A stretch of DNA of 57,237 bases, filler included, from Sphacelaria rigidula (GCA_964200075.2; 4 parts of 4 records of this genome joined end to end with filler, not necessarily neighbours in it), one strand, 5' to 3'. Shown: positions 1 to 13,903, numbered from the whole stretch's first letter. Notes: generated from the sequence alone by a model not told the origin. Program-made: numbers and translations.

Positions 1-2040
1 TGTGTTGCGGCGGCTGTTCGTTTTCTGAGCTGTGGTTTTGTGGTGTGTTGTTTTGTTGTAGGGGTGGGGGAGGGGGGTGGGGGGGGGGGAGTTTGGTCGA
101 TAAACTAAAACCTTGAATAGGGTCCATTGAACCCACATTCGAGGTCGCTCAAAAACAGCGAATTGTGGGGACGCGTGCAGGGAACATCCAAGGAGAAATA
201 CAAACTATACAGGGTACCTACGTATTATCTGCACGACAAGAAAGAAATTGACAGGCAACCTGCAAGAAGTATCGCCTATTATGCGGTAATCATGTATTCC
301 CTAGACGACTTGGGATCCCCCGGATACTCCAGCATGGTGTACTATACTGACTCTTGATGCAGGCAAGGTATACAGAGGTTTCGTCAAGGCCATGAACCGA
401 CTGTATAACACCCCCTTGGGGGTAGAAACCGCTCAAGACTCTCGATTGCTTCTCTCGACAAGCACTTGCTAAGCCCTTCACTGCCGATCGATTTCGCTGT
501 CCCAAACGATCTCAATTTTCGGTCGCGTGACCGATGCCGTGTCGGATAAACTCGGCCGTCATAACAACGGATCAGCGCTTCAGGGATTACGAGCGCTCCC
601 GTACACTAGTGTACATTCCGGACTGCAAATAAGGAAACACACGCGATGTGCGATATGGCATGTGCGGTGTGCCGCACCTGTCCTTTTGTTTCGCGCACAT
701 AGTTCAAGTGCGGCATGATGGAATTCACCGACGGCGAAAAATGAAAATTATGGACCCTTATTTACTCGCCGTCAGGGCAGACAACAAATTTAGACCACTT
801 TTTCGGCGTTCCGAGGGTTCTCTAGGGCCGGCCCCTGGCGGGGGGGGGGCATGTTTGCCGCACACAGCTCCCGGCGTGATGTGCGGAAACCTCGACGTTG
901 CCGCATATGCAGCCTCTGGGCTATCTAAAGCACTGCAACAGATCACTCGGGGCGACGTTGTACTCGTTCATCTGTATACGGAACCGGCACCTTCATGACC
1001 CCCCCCCCGAGCATCTCACCGCTCTATGTTCTGACGCTTGTCCTCCAGGGATAGATCGTGGTAGAGTTTCTTCATGGTCAGTTCCTTCTCCCGCTCCGAT
1101 CGGATCTAAGGGCCGAGCGGTTTAGAATCAAAGACATACACATTGTAGAATCATTTAGACACACTCACACACAAACGCACCGTGGACACCCCAAAAAAAC
1201 CCACGCGTTTCGGAAGGTTTAAACATGCAGGAAAACACGTATCATAACGGAATGGACAGCAGATCTCGAGAAACGACTTCATCCATCAATCGGTCGATTT
1301 ATTGATTGATGGATTGCTTGACTGGTTCATCTTTTTCCCGGATCGACAAGGAGTTCAGTCCTGGCTTCTAACCAGACGTACCCGAAGGTTCACAGACGAG
1401 AAAGCTCGCCAGGAGGAAACTTCGAGGGGAAAGAAAAAAGCAGAGGGAAACAAGCTAACAGGCTGAACTGACAAACACTCCAGACTCGAAAGGACCCCGC
1501 AACAATGACGTACGATGAAGATGCAACGCGAGACGCGGGTGCAGCGCGATACCTGGACGTAAGGTGGCTCTCATGGTACGCGAAGGGTCGACCTTTATGT
1601 TCATCAAATGAACGAGTCGTCACAGCAGGCAGTAGGTATTTATGCCAGTGAACAGTGTCACACATGCAGCGCTTCCGAGAGGTGCGTATAAAACTCCAGA
1701 GCAATGCGAACACACTCTGGCGGAGGAGCACCTTGTCGTTACGGTCATCTACAGCACAAGCCGCCACGAATTCCTGGAGTGAAAATACTCGCGTGACTCG
1801 GGCTCGTGGGATGAGTCGAGGGAGACTCGCCCCCTAGTTTCCCGACTCAGTCCTATGACTCGAGTCGACTTTATCTTTGCTCTGTCGACTGTATTTCGCG
1901 ACCTCAGTCAGCCTCCTCCCCATCTTAATCGATGTACGTGAAGGTTATGTAAGAAGTTTAGCATATTGAGTCTCAAGGGCATCGCGACTGTAAGTGCACC
2001 GCCACACGCTCCGGGGGTGGTATTCTCTGACACAAACAGT

Positions 2041-2085
2041 AGCCAAACGACTAAGGCAAGCAACAAGTGAGTACGACCCCCCCCC
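2041..2085 (+). mobile_element. LINE 3'-terminal fragment with poly(C)
   Basis: aaacgactaaggcaagcaacaagtgagtacgaccccccccc matches the 3' end of the LINE at 47001. Confidence 0.85.
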
Positions 2086-5000
2086 ATCCCGGCGCTTGCA
2101 TGTCCGTACGAGACGTGTGATTCCAAACCATGGCAAGGGCATCTTCTCCCGCGATTTTGCGTGGACGCAATCGCTTCATCTAAGTGGCAAGTCTTCGGAA
2201 CTCGCTTCTTGGCGCTTGATGAATAAACCTGCCCGATAGATGTACTGCAAACGCCTACTTGTCCCTGGGGAAAATCCTTGGTAGTACAGTAGGGGATGAT
2301 CCTTGTCCGGTAGTTTTTCCCGTGCAGTTTTCGAGTAATTTGGACACGCAATGAAAATGAAGCAATCGTTGTGAAGAGACATACGGGTAAAACTATTGTA
2401 CCACAGGCTTCGAACATACATATATTTCTGACTGTCCTCGTTATCGCCCGCGAAAATGAACTTTCGAACACCCTGTTATACATCATGCCCTGTTCAAATC
2501 GATGCTTGGAAACCCTTCTCTGCTTGGAAACGCTTCTCTGGCGTATTTTCCGCCACTCGCCCGTCTACAAAACGCTCAAGGCAAATATGCCTGTATGTAT
2601 GTATGTATGTATATATATATATGTATGTATCAATATACACGTTTGACTCTGGATGAAATCCAAAGAACGGAGCGACGAGGTGAACTGCCAGAATTCGCCT
2701 TCTCCCCGCTACTGAGTATCTGACTACCTCGTATGAGTTTGTTTCTTTGTTTTCACCTCCGTCCAGGTCGAAGTGTTCGCAATGAGTTTAGGCACCTCGG
2801 TACTCCGCGAATGATTGTAATACAGGCGCTTTATCCCTTGCGACGGGATGTCCTCCTGCACCGTGTGTTTTCCGACATATATCCCTCAGCCCCACTTTTC
2901 GTTTTTCCCCAAGTATAATTTCCCTTTCAACAATCGTCAACATCGGGGCCCATTATCTCCATCACGGCGGCGTAAAGCGAAAAAGGCTGTACTGTACTCT
3001 CTCGGCGAGATGGAAATATTTTTGTGACGGTTTCATACATGCGTTACGTGCCTCTTCGCAGGCCCGGCACCCCTCGGATCCGAGGCAGAACCGCCTCTTT
3101 GTTGTTCATGACCTCGTCTTCATGAAAATACCACTCCACGTACATTTTTCATTTCAGCACCGATGCGCGAGTACCTAAATACAAGTGTCGTGGTTATCCA
3201 TCGCTTGGAAACAGGCCGGGTTAGAGAGCAACTGGTAGCTCGGCCGGGTATATAGTACTCGGCGCCTGAACTATTTTTCGTCAAGAAGGGTGTCTTTCTC
3301 GCGACTACTCTTTGATAGATCTCGAAAAGCGCCAGCGTTGATAGATTTTGGTAAGATGAACAGATCGTCTTCTCTCTCCAGTGCCCAAGTTAGTGTTACT
3401 TGGTTTTATCTGGCGATACGAGTAGATACCCCGTTTATCAGGAGGGTGTTATTGACTGTGAAACACAGTTTTTCGGCTCTAGTGTAATGAGCAGGTAGTA
3501 TATTAAAAAACTGTACATTTCTTCACAAATATGGTCGGAACAGGCTCGATCGACCGACCTTCCCGAAGAGTCAGAATCTGAGCTGAAACGTGTCAGGACC
3601 CCCGATGACCGGTCAATCCGTAAGTCACGCAATATTGAGTACAGATGTTTATTTTTTCTTGGAATGTGGAGCGGATACAAGTATCTTCAGATCCTCAATT
3701 GGATGAGCGATGGAAAGAGAAAGAGCCTGAAGAAAAATCGCCAATTACGAAGAAATTACAAAACCAACAGTTAGGGCGCCCAGTGCTGTACGTGTGTTGA
3801 ATTCATGTGCAAGACGGCTGTTAAATTCGACAAGCAGTTCCCTACACGAGGGCACAGGACGCTCCAGGATCTCTATCCACGTGAGGATCACGAGAAAACA
3901 GCAGCGCTACTCTCCCACCGCTTGTTGTTGCATCAATTTCAACAAACGCCGCTATCCCAGTGGATGGTTTGATACCGTGCTGGGGATCGCGAGCCAGAGA
4001 AGGATCGACTGGGATGACGCAAGCCACGGCATATATGAACAACGTGGAGCTCTGAGTTGCTAGTATGGTCGACACGTGAAGAAACATCTCCGTGAACATG
4101 CACGCTCGTTTCCAATTTTTCGGTACTCTTCTAGTTTTATTTATTAATATTATCATTTATTATATTCGTCACATTAGCCCGATCTCTCGAACCCGTGGTC
4201 ACAGAGTGCAAGGAGCATACCACATACCACCCATATCCATATAAATCAAACAGCCCGCAGAGGAAGGCAAGGAACAAAACATCTACACGAGATCACATAT
4301 TATAGGTTACTATTTCCACTACATCTAAATAACTTTATACTTTCGATTTTCTTGAGTTTTTCTCCAGCGAGTGCTCCCGTTCCGTTTCACCTTGGGTACG
4401 TCTTATGCTGTGGACAATGGCCACGACTGCATTCGTAGGAAATTTCTTCATGCGCCTGCAAGATTTTTATTCGTATTTCCTTCGACAGCAATGTCGCAAA
4501 CATTCTTTTAGTTTTCAACGGCACAGCCGATTGATTTCCCGTGACTTACGTAGCCTTGTTTCAGGATGCTCAGAACAGCGAAGAAAAAACAAAAAGGCAG
4601 ACGGCGAAGACTGTCGTGGGGCTGGGGGAAGGGGCGAGGATGGAGGCGTTTCGGGTCGCGTTTTGCACGAGCTAACCACGGCAAGGCATCGGCATTGCGT
4701 GTATTGTAGCAAGACTCCCTTGAGATGCCCACCAGTAGTATTACCAATATGTCCCACACAACTCACCCCGTTTGAAGGCAAGGCTTTTTTCAGACGAACA
4801 TTGACGGAAAGGTGAGATGTATGGTTTGAAAATAGCGCTCCCCTTCGATGGGCTTCTTCTTTATCTTATGTGGACCGCCTTTACACCACCCATCCCACCG
4901 TAGGATCACTCTCCACATGGCCTCATGACTCCAACAGAAATGCCATGATGACTAAAATGCACTCGTGCAGTCGTCGAATTTCGCGTTTTTCATGGCATCT

Positions 5001-5889
5001 GGATTGAAGTTGGTGCAGATTATTAGTTGCACATACATATCATGCGTAGATTCACGGGCGTGCAGTCAACTGGCCTGGCAGGAGCCAGCACGTTTTAGTA
5101 CGAGGAATCCGCAGAAACTGTCCAGGAACCGGAGCCAGTACGGTTCAGTACGTGGTACCAACAGGAACCGTTCGGGAACCAGTACTGCAGCCTGTGTGAT
5201 TCAGCCGAGCCAGAATGGCTCCGTGGCTCCATACTGAAAGCCCTATGGTTATGGTTCAGGGCTGAGGTTCAGAGAGAACGTTTAGGTAAAGCTGTGCACC
5301 AAGCTAGCGGATGACCTCTGGAGAAATAATGAATACACAGCGGTTCAGTGCGCACTAGTCGTCTGCTCAACCCACAAGACCTCTCGTGACAATTGCCTTG
5401 CTCCGCTATGAATGATGCACTGCGAGAAAGCGCGCCATGACCAAATATCAGACCTCTCAATTGCGCAAAGTCGGACCCTACCTACTACACATGTCCGTCC
5501 AATTGGCTTGAAAACCTCGACGAGTCAACTTTGCAGCAACAAACGGATCTTTTGATGCACCAGCACCTCCGTAGGTGAATCTCCCGTTATCCTGGCTCCC
5601 GCTGACGATTTGTTGAGCAAAATAAACCCATCCAGAAACAATCGTGTAGGTGATAGCGGGTTGGCCTTTGCTTCAGCTTGTTGCAGATTTGAACTCGAGC
5701 CCAATCCATCTTCCGCACAAGCATTTTCCCTAAACGACATCGGACCAGGTTTGAACTCAAACCCGAAAACAACTACCTACGATACCCGAATTTTCCTCTA
5801 TTCTCGTTTTTCAGTTCACTCAAGTTCCTTTCTCTTTCTCCCTCCGTCCCTCTGCCCCTCCCTCTGCCCCTCCCTCTGTCCCTCGCCGG

Positions 5890-5969
5890 TGCTCCGTCTC
5901 GGAAGGGATGCGTGGTCAATGGTCGAACGACTAAGGCAAGCAACAAATTCGCCCCCCCCCCCCCCCCCC
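5890..5969 (+). mobile_element. LINE 3'-terminal fragment with poly(C)
   Basis: tgctccgtctcggaagggatgcgtggtcaatggtcgaacgactaaggcaagcaacaaat followed by a long C run. Confidence 0.88.
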
Positions 5970-7362
5970 TCTGTCCCTCGCTCCGTCCCTCCCTCCGCCA
6001 CCCCCTTTATTTCCCCCCTTTCCACTTACTCACCTTCGGTATGTCTATATTGTGACCATGGCTGGACTACAAAGTGATCAGACAGTATGCGAAAATCAAC
6101 CAACATCGTCCCAACTTCAGACCCATATCATTAAAAACTTCCCTACAGTAGCAGATTATATATCATCCTTGCTTATCGCTTTCATTCTCTTCCAAATGAA
6201 TGAACAACCGAACGGACGAACGATCCACTAATTTGCCGCACACTAGAGCACAACACCAAAGATAACATCAGCAGTTGACAACGAAGGCATTTTGTGTTTG
6301 CCCTCTCAATATTGAAAAGAAACTATGGCCAACGTGATAGCCAAAACCTTAGGGGTGCGTGTGTACAATTCTTCGCGTTGGCCACAATGAAACCGTTTTG
6401 CCCACAACATACTCAGGGGGGGGGGGGGGGGAGGGGGGGCCCACCCCCCCCCCTTGTTGTTTGGGGACCACCAACTTCCCCCCCCCCCTCCCCCGGGGAC
6501 ACCCCNNNNNNNNNNCGTTGGCCACAATGAAACCGTTTTGCCCACAACATACTCAGGGGGGGGGGGGGGCAGGGAGCGCTACGCACGTCCTAGTCTGTCT
6601 GTGACGACCATACTTTCACCCCTCCCTTCCTCGGGACAACCCCGTAGCCTACAGAGACCATTCCATCTCTTCCCCCGTACACGCCTAACATTTTTGGTGT
6701 CACGCATTCGATCATTTCTCCCAAAACCCGTCGAAACTCCTTGACTGTTGTTCGTATGTTATCCCCATCCTCGGGTATTCAACGACAGATATCGAAACAC
6801 GAGCAGTCTTCAGGGGAAAATCCGTATCCCCTGGGGTTCACGCCCTCAACTTTCCCTCTCGCCGTTCTTTACGATTTCTCCGGCCGGGCTATCGCGGCGC
6901 GGAGGCTGCTGTGGGAGTTGTACTGCTGAGGTATAAAAATACGAGGAGACAAGGGTTGACCTGGGATCTGGGGGATACAGTGCTGACCATGCTGTACTTC
7001 GCCGTAGCCTCGGGTAAACGACCTTTGAGGCATCAAGAATATATTTACGAGGGTCAGAAAGCTCGAAATTTCTTATTTCCACCGTGGAAAGCGTGAGAAC
7101 GTGAGAACGTGAGTAAACAAAGTAGTCGACTAAGTTCGTTTCACGTGAGTTGACACGGTGCGGAAGTGCTCACCAAATCCCCGAGACCAAGACGCAAGGC
7201 GTGCACCGGGGAAGAGATGGGGTGACCCCTTGAGACCACGGATACGTCCCGAGGAAGGGAGGGGGTTCAAAGTGCGACAGAACAAAAAGGGAAAGTAAAT
7301 TTGAAAATCGATCTCGCCTCGCAACCCCCGAGGTTCGGGTGAGGTAGCCAGGGGAGGGGGAC

Positions 7363-7873
7363 GGGGGTGTACTCATGATCGTCCATGCCGTAGTCGTGTG
7401 ATCATTGACCTCGCATCCGTGCAAAGCCTGAAGGGAGCACGTCGGATTTTCGGCGGAGAAGGCTCGCAATCACCAAGCGCGAAACGCCGTGATGCATTCG
7501 GCGAGTCGCATCAAGGGTGAGCTGCATCCTGCTGGGATTGTTCGGCCCGAAGGGTACTAATGATCTTGCATATGGATAGCAGCCTCGAATAAGTTGCTTC
7601 ATATTTCTGGTATCGCCACTCCCAGAGACAACCACGGGTTACACTGCTTCAGGGGGGTCTCACCATTTAAAACCCCACGCTGTGCAGTCAGCAATCCCCC
7701 TTTTGCGCTGAGTTGAAGTTCTCCTACCCTTCACAATATAATCTAACTCGACCACCATCATGGTTACCGCAAAAACGCAAACGAGAAAAAAGACGGTAAC
7801 CTGATTGCCTGGTTTACGCAGTGGGTGGATGGTGTGCATTACAGCATTGTTGCCAATGCGACGCTAACCCATA
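7363..7873 (-). mobile_element. ~500-nt non-coding SINE-like element sharing the LINE 3' end
   Basis: Colinear with 24797-25288 and 48036-48518 (shared gttcggccc, tggtatcgccact, accaccatcatggttacc). Ends catgagtacacccc on the minus strand. Confidence 0.85.
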
Positions 7874-8933
7874 AATGAAAAGGTAGAGCGCGCACGGGGG
7901 GGGACAAGGGGGGTAGCAATCCTTAAGGGGTCTATTTACAATCTACGGCAAGGCACCAAGATCACCTATGTACTTCGAAATGCTACTGTAAACAGATTCG
8001 TAGTGAAGAAAACAGCAGTGCTAGCAAGCTGCCTGATAGTCATGCCCTTGTGGTCTCTGGCAGTACCCGAATGACGTTTGTTACATTCCATAGAAAAGAA
8101 AAAATGCAAGAGCAGGTCGAATAGAAGGTACTCAATTGCGGGGGATTTTGAAAGTCGCTCTCGAAGTACGCGAATGGAGGTAGGGTTTTAGGGATCGCTT
8201 TCCAGTTATTTTTTTAGGTACGACTCCTAACACTCTACCCTAATTCGAGTACCTCAAGTACGTCTTTCAAAATACCCCGTAATTGAGTATACTCTGCTCG
8301 ACCTGCCCTCGAAAAAATGTTTTGTCGTTTTGTCGCTGTGCCGAAACTCACCTCTCCGTAAAATTTGTCCTTTTTCCGACGCCGGGTGATGATCTCCTTC
8401 CGGTGGTACGCCCTGTCGTTGTAGCTGGCCTCCAACCGCTGGTTTCCGCCACACGGTAAAAACATCAAAAGAAGGAAAGGGATAAACGATCCCCCATCCG
8501 TGTTGTGCGATGCACATGCCACAAATGCGGCGAACGTTTCAAATCGAGGCAGTTCGTTTCCGAAAATAGTTAATCAGCGCAAAGCTTCGCGGTGTATGCC
8601 CAACGAACTACTTGTTGTACAATAGAGAAATTCGGAATACCAGTTTCGGGTTTTGTTTCTTTGCTATATTCATTTCTCAGGTAGTTTTGAAGAAACCACG
8701 GTGTCTGCATCCACCGAACTAGCGAGAAATGAGTATACTGGGACGTATTTCGCCGATGAAAAAATATATGTGGGTTTCCAACACTGCTTCGTCACTTGCA
8801 CAGACTTTTTCATCACTTTTTTGTTCTGTTACGACTTAGTCTGCTCTGTCATTCTGTCCGACCCCCTTTTTTTTCTGTTCCTTCTTTTCCTCAGAGCGTG
8901 TTTCGGTTCTGTTTTTCTTGGGAACGTCTATTA

Positions 8934-9000
8934 TGAGACCACGGCTGGACCCCTGGGGGGTCAGGTAAAGTGCGACAATCAATCAATCAATCAATCAATC
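8934..9000 (+). mobile_element. Retroposon 3' end with (CAAT)n tail
   Basis: tgagaccacggctggacccctggggggtcaggtaaagtgcga + (caat)6; a diverged relative is at ~44503-44560. Confidence 0.65.
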
Positions 9001-10344
9001 AGACTGAATAAAGACAATACTTCATGTAGTCGCCCAGGTGTCTGTATACAGCATGCGGCGAAGGTTCTGGTATAGAGGTATGTCTCGAGTTTCTGCTGGA
9101 ATGATGCGGAAGGCTCCGGGAGTTCGGGCAATGCACGTGGATTATGCGACATGACGGGGTATTCACTCCCCTTTTCACCACCCCCACCGCAGCCGTGCGC
9201 ACGTGACAGAGGGGGGACGGAACGACAGACTAATATCATACGGTTACCGCCTGAAGTCTAGTACTTGTACTGTACCACGATTACCAGGTTAGCTGCGAGT
9301 GTTGTCACAGAGGTGTTACAATACCCGGAGTTTCGGCTCTCCTAATACGTATCGCTAGCCGCCTTTATCTCGAGGCTTCCGTGTTGTATCCTGTGTGCAA
9401 ATTACGGTCCAACAATACTCAAAAGACAAACTGTGGCCTCACGACCCCGAACGTGCGGGGGTCCGCGCGATAGGCGGAGGGACGAAATAACTCGGTACTC
9501 AGTGCAGCCCAGTGCGGGTGGGCTAGTTGGATACATTCATGACAGCGTTAGGTGCCATGGCTACCATCATGACTGTCATGAATTTTGTGTTTTTCACTTT
9601 TCATTTTACTTCGTCATACCTCCGTCCCGCAATTCCACGGGAATAGTTAGCTCGTCTCTCTCCCGGTATCTTTCTTGAGAGTTACTATCGACAATTGGAT
9701 CATGATCATCGCTACTCATTCCTACTTCCCCGTCGGCTGTTACCCCCGAATCACCCGAATACGTCATTTCTGTTGGGTCGAGATTCGAACCCACCACTGC
9801 TACTACGCCAAAACTGGCCGATGACGCACAAGTCCGACCTCCGCGGTAACATAGAGCCAGATGGCTCTGGTGGCGTCTTAGTTCATCCCAGTGATGCTTA
9901 ACCTCAGTGTGGAAACACGATGAATAGGTACCTTGGATCGGATGCCATCTTGCTTCATCCGCTCCTCGAGCTTCTTTTTCACCATCGCTTCCTCCTGGTC
10001 CTTTCTCTCCGCTTTGCGTGCGGCAGCCTGTTCTATCAGCAGCACGGCCGGCAAATGTATTTATTGCATTTGTACACAAAAGGAGCATCGACAAAACGGC
10101 AAACACGAGAGGAAACAGAGAGAACACAAGAAGGGGGACGAAACATTGAAGCTGAATACGTGCGATGACATCTCCCGAAAAAAGAACCGAAGATGATGAA
10201 GTCGATAATTGATTAGTTGTTTCGGTAGTTTGGCAATCGTTTCTTCAAGACATGACGCAGTACGTGTCTTTGTTTGGTATTCTGGGAAGTGCCGAACGGG
10301 AAACACAAATACGACTAACGTACACACACATACCCACTCGTTCG

Positions 10345-11569
10345 TAGGCTTTAGTTCCGTATGCACGAATAAAATTTAGCTTAATTTCGTTTTTTTTAGC
10401 ATAAATAGGCCTGTTTAGCGCAAAGCTTATAATCGGCTTAATACGCTCGAAACGAGCTAAAATTGCTTGAAACGCGCATAAACGCGCATAAAGTTGCGAT
10501 ATTTTTTGCTCGCAAGTGCTCCATGTGGCGTAACTCGTCACCAGACACGCCGACAGGTGTCAGGCTTCAGGCTCCAACACTCAATACTTCAAATTTCCAC
10601 GGTCATGTTCCGTGTTCCTATTTTGTTGCGGGTCTGATGAGCAGGAGACTGCTTCACTTTACATTTAATACACATGGTACTCTGTGTTGCTTTCAAAAAT
10701 ATGACAAGATACTAAATAAACTATACGCTTGTACTTTCTACAGCAGACAGCAGACAGCAGTAGTGACAGCAGCACCAACAGAGACAATTGATGACGAGTG
10801 ATCGCAGAGTTTGTAACTCACGAGGTCATGACGGGCCTACTGTCCGAGAAGGACGACTTTTTGGTCGCGGCCTCAGGCGCGCCCTCGGAGTACGGTTTGC
10901 TGTCATTTTGAGATGACAACAAGAACAGGTTTCCCAGTTGGTATTTCGTGGCGATGGATATTGTACTTATTCGGCCATCGTCCGCGTCTTTGGAGCGAGT
11001 GCTTTCGATCTTGAGGGGGTGCTTAAACTCTCCGCAGGAGCCGCAGGAGAAGGCGTTGACCGGCTCGGATCCGCAGTTACGATGAAGGACAGTCGGTACC
11101 GGTAGTTCGACAAGATTTTCACTTTCGACTGACGGTAGATAATGCGCGGGGGGAGGGGTGGGGGGTGGTAGCTGGTAGGTTGTAGCTTATCGGGCGAGAG
11201 GCCAAAGGCTGCAATGCCCTGTGTCTAGAGGCTACAATGCCGTACTGCTGTATCAAGTATCGTAATTGTAGTGGCGTTTGTTGTTTCCGTACGTGGGTTT
11301 TAGGGTGTAGGTTGTGATCTCCAAACTCAATAACTGACGAAAAGCTTCATTTTTTAATTATAGATAATCAACAAAACTTCGAATGCCCAACTTGTCGTTT
11401 TGTCCTCATGCTAGAAGGCGCGCCTCGTGAGGGGATAGACTGCCAAAACGCCACAACAAGGACGGGGATAAGGCGCATAAAGCGCGCCTACTTTGCGCTA
11501 AAAAAGCTTATAAAAACAAAAACGGAGCTTCATTTCAAGAAAAGAACGCGCATACGGAACTAAAGCCTA
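10345..11569 (+). mobile_element. hAT transposon internal-deletion derivative
   Basis: 20-bp TIRs taggctttagttccgtatgc / gcatacggaactaaagccta. 8-bp flanks ctcgttcg / ctttttcg match at 6/8. Internal relic LLSF*DDNKNRFPSWYFVAMDIVLIRPSSASLERVLS (~10900-11040) matches the hAT C-terminal dimerization motif. Confidence 0.9.
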
Positions 11570-11936
11570 CTTTTTCGCAAAAAATACCGGATGACTGCAT
11601 TGAACATACGTCTACGTATTTTTCGAAGGTGAGCAACTTCCCAAAACACCCTAAATAAGCGTGTATGGGCCTCTCAATCGTAAACGTGCCTATTTCAGTC
11701 CATACACGGTGCCATTCTCAGACTTTCGATAAAAACAAAATTCGAGTAAATATGCTCTTGCTGTAAAGATCCTCACATGCCTCGCATTGACAGCATGACA
11801 AAGATGGCTTGACGCCATGTCCCATGAAAAAGTACACGTGTATTAAATTCCGAACTGTTGAACTGAGCAACCGAAGCTGGACGTCTCTTTACGCGGTCGG
11901 ATCCGCGGTCGGGATAAAAAGATCAATAGAAAGACC

Positions 11937-11992
11937 AACAGCAACAACTAGATCGCCCGCAACAGCAGCAGCAGCAACAACAACAACAACTA

Positions 11993-12025
<33 letters not shown>

Positions 12026-12068
12026 CTCTACTACCTCTACTACCACTACTACCACCACTGCTACTATT

Positions 12069-12117
<49 letters not shown>

Positions 12118-12133
12118 AATAACGACGACGACG
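11937..12133. repeat. Compound trinucleotide microsatellite (GCA/CAA/CTA/GAC)
   Basis: Seen directly; the source of spurious polyQ/polyL/polyC ORFs. Confidence 0.95.
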
Positions 12134-12214
12134 GCCACAACGGCGAGCATAAAAGCTTCATTCTTCTGATGGAAGTACTTCGTGTAGTAGTTGGTCGCAA
12201 AAGCTGCTGAACGG

Positions 12215-12605
12215 CGTTGAAAAAGCACGAAGAACACCACTTATGAGGGAAAGAGCACCCACACACGTAGCACAGATCCAACGCGGTGGACTTACTGTAC
12301 CAGAAGATGTCGAAGAAAAATGGAATGTAGAAAACAATCGCCTCAACGGTCGACGAGGGAAAGGGACTGCTGAAGGGACTGTTGAACTCCTCTCGCGATA
12401 AAAAATAAAGGCAAGCACCGCAGAAGGGAGGTGGAGAACTCAAACAAATAAAAAATAAAAAAACTCCTGTGTTGACCTTCCTCCTGTGTGACCCCGGCTG
12501 GTGCGCCCACATATACCGAAAGGTGTAGACTGGCGTCCAGAATAGATGGGATGACAACACACAGAAATAAACAGAAACAAAAGTAACACAGTATTTCTTG
12601 AACAC
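12215..12605 (+). repeat. Dispersed repeat (SINE body family; copies at 35284-35410 reverse, 36650-36857, partial 22945-22985)
   Basis: Shared gttgaccttcctcctgtgtgaccccggctggtgcgcccacat...accgaaaggtgtagactggc...gggatgacaacacac. Confidence 0.85.
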
Positions 12606-13720
12606 ACCACAAACCAGACACGAGGTTCTAGATACCAGGTACCCTGAATGTTTCCAAATTAAAACGAAGCTCGGAGAAAATACTTGGTCATTCCCAGAAA
12701 CGTTACGGAAGACGATTCAAACGCAACGTGAACAATGGATATAATGGTAAGAACAAAAGACAATGGCCACAAAGTACCAAATACCAGACGTCAGAACAGT
12801 GACGCCAAGCCGAGTGTAGGGAAAGAACTGTAAGTATACTGATGAAGCCATACGTTCTCAAGACTACCAGCTCTAAACGTTGGTCTACTAGAGTATGGAC
12901 CAGCTCCAAACATCGGCCAACACTCGCGGAATTCACGTGTCTCTATGCGAATGGTCATGATGTATTTTTCCCTATTTTTGTCATACACCAGCGTGAAACC
13001 GTCGAAACTAGGAACTGCCTAAATGTACCGTAATGAACAGCACTTGCGAATGAGATACAAACAGCTCCCGTTTCCATCCGACACGGAAAGTTCAACTCAC
13101 ACGCCCCAGCCCTTGCGCGACCGTGACGTACGTAAGTCGTCGGCCACTACTGGTTTTGTCAAAGCGGTGCACGTTGTCCGTACAGAAGGGTGTACCCTTC
13201 GACTTCGACACTTCCCGGATCTCTGTATTTATGATTCACGATTTACATGCAAGCGAAGCCATCCGTTCATCATCAAGAGCTACGGAAAAACAACAACCGT
13301 CGTACTACGCAAAACATGATGCTCTCAACTTACTTCGCGGTTATATTAGTCCTGTAGTCTCCCAGGTGGTGGTCGCATGGCACAACTTGCGTCCCTAATT
13401 CTTGCAGGATTAAAAATTGTGATTCTGGATTTTTTTAATCGTCTCATCCCCGCAATCCTAATACAGTAACAACAGGCTCTTTTCCAGTCGTGTCTTTGAT
13501 GTCATCGTGACGAACGCGCTGCCGCATGTGTCCAGAGGATCATCTTGAGGCCCCTGTTGCAACGCTCCTTGCTTTGAGTGAGGACGCCGATGTCTACGCG
13601 CAAGATGCTGATACGTTGTACGCATATGGATCAAACACAAGAGATCATCCTGGTGGTACGCTATACATATATACACGTTGACCACCTCCTATCAAGAGCA
13701 CGGAACGTTGCAACGTGCAC

Positions 13721-13903
13721 CTGACTCCCTTCTCGGAACTCGTCCGACGCCAAGCGCTTTCGTTCTACTCTCTTGTAGTATCCTCTAGCATCCTCTGACG
13801 TTTGCGTCTCCGCACGGCACTTCCCATCACCTACCTCTGCAACCTTCATGTCGTAAGCGGCTTTCTTGTCCAGCTGTATCTTTTTGTTCTTCTCCATGAC
13901 TTC
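13721..13903 (-). CDS. Putative exon of an unknown charged/helical protein
   Basis: cag|EVMEKNKKIQLDKKAAYDMK...EFREGSQ|gtgcac, 183 nt, phase 0-0. Confidence 0.35.

Noticed and set aside
6376-6570. Direct repeat cgttggccacaatgaaaccg...gggg around a 10-N gap
   Set aside because: Identical sequence on both sides of a gap next to poly-G; typical of an unmerged overlap with homopolymer read errors.
6609-7276. CACTA-like MITE with long TIRs
   Set aside because: The arms match the 3' body of a tRNA-headed, A-tailed element at 44730-45102, so two inverted SINE copies is the simpler reading.
11809-12605. PolyQ/polyL/polyC ORFs (133 and 238 aa)
   Set aside because: Read-through of a trinucleotide microsatellite and a dispersed repeat.
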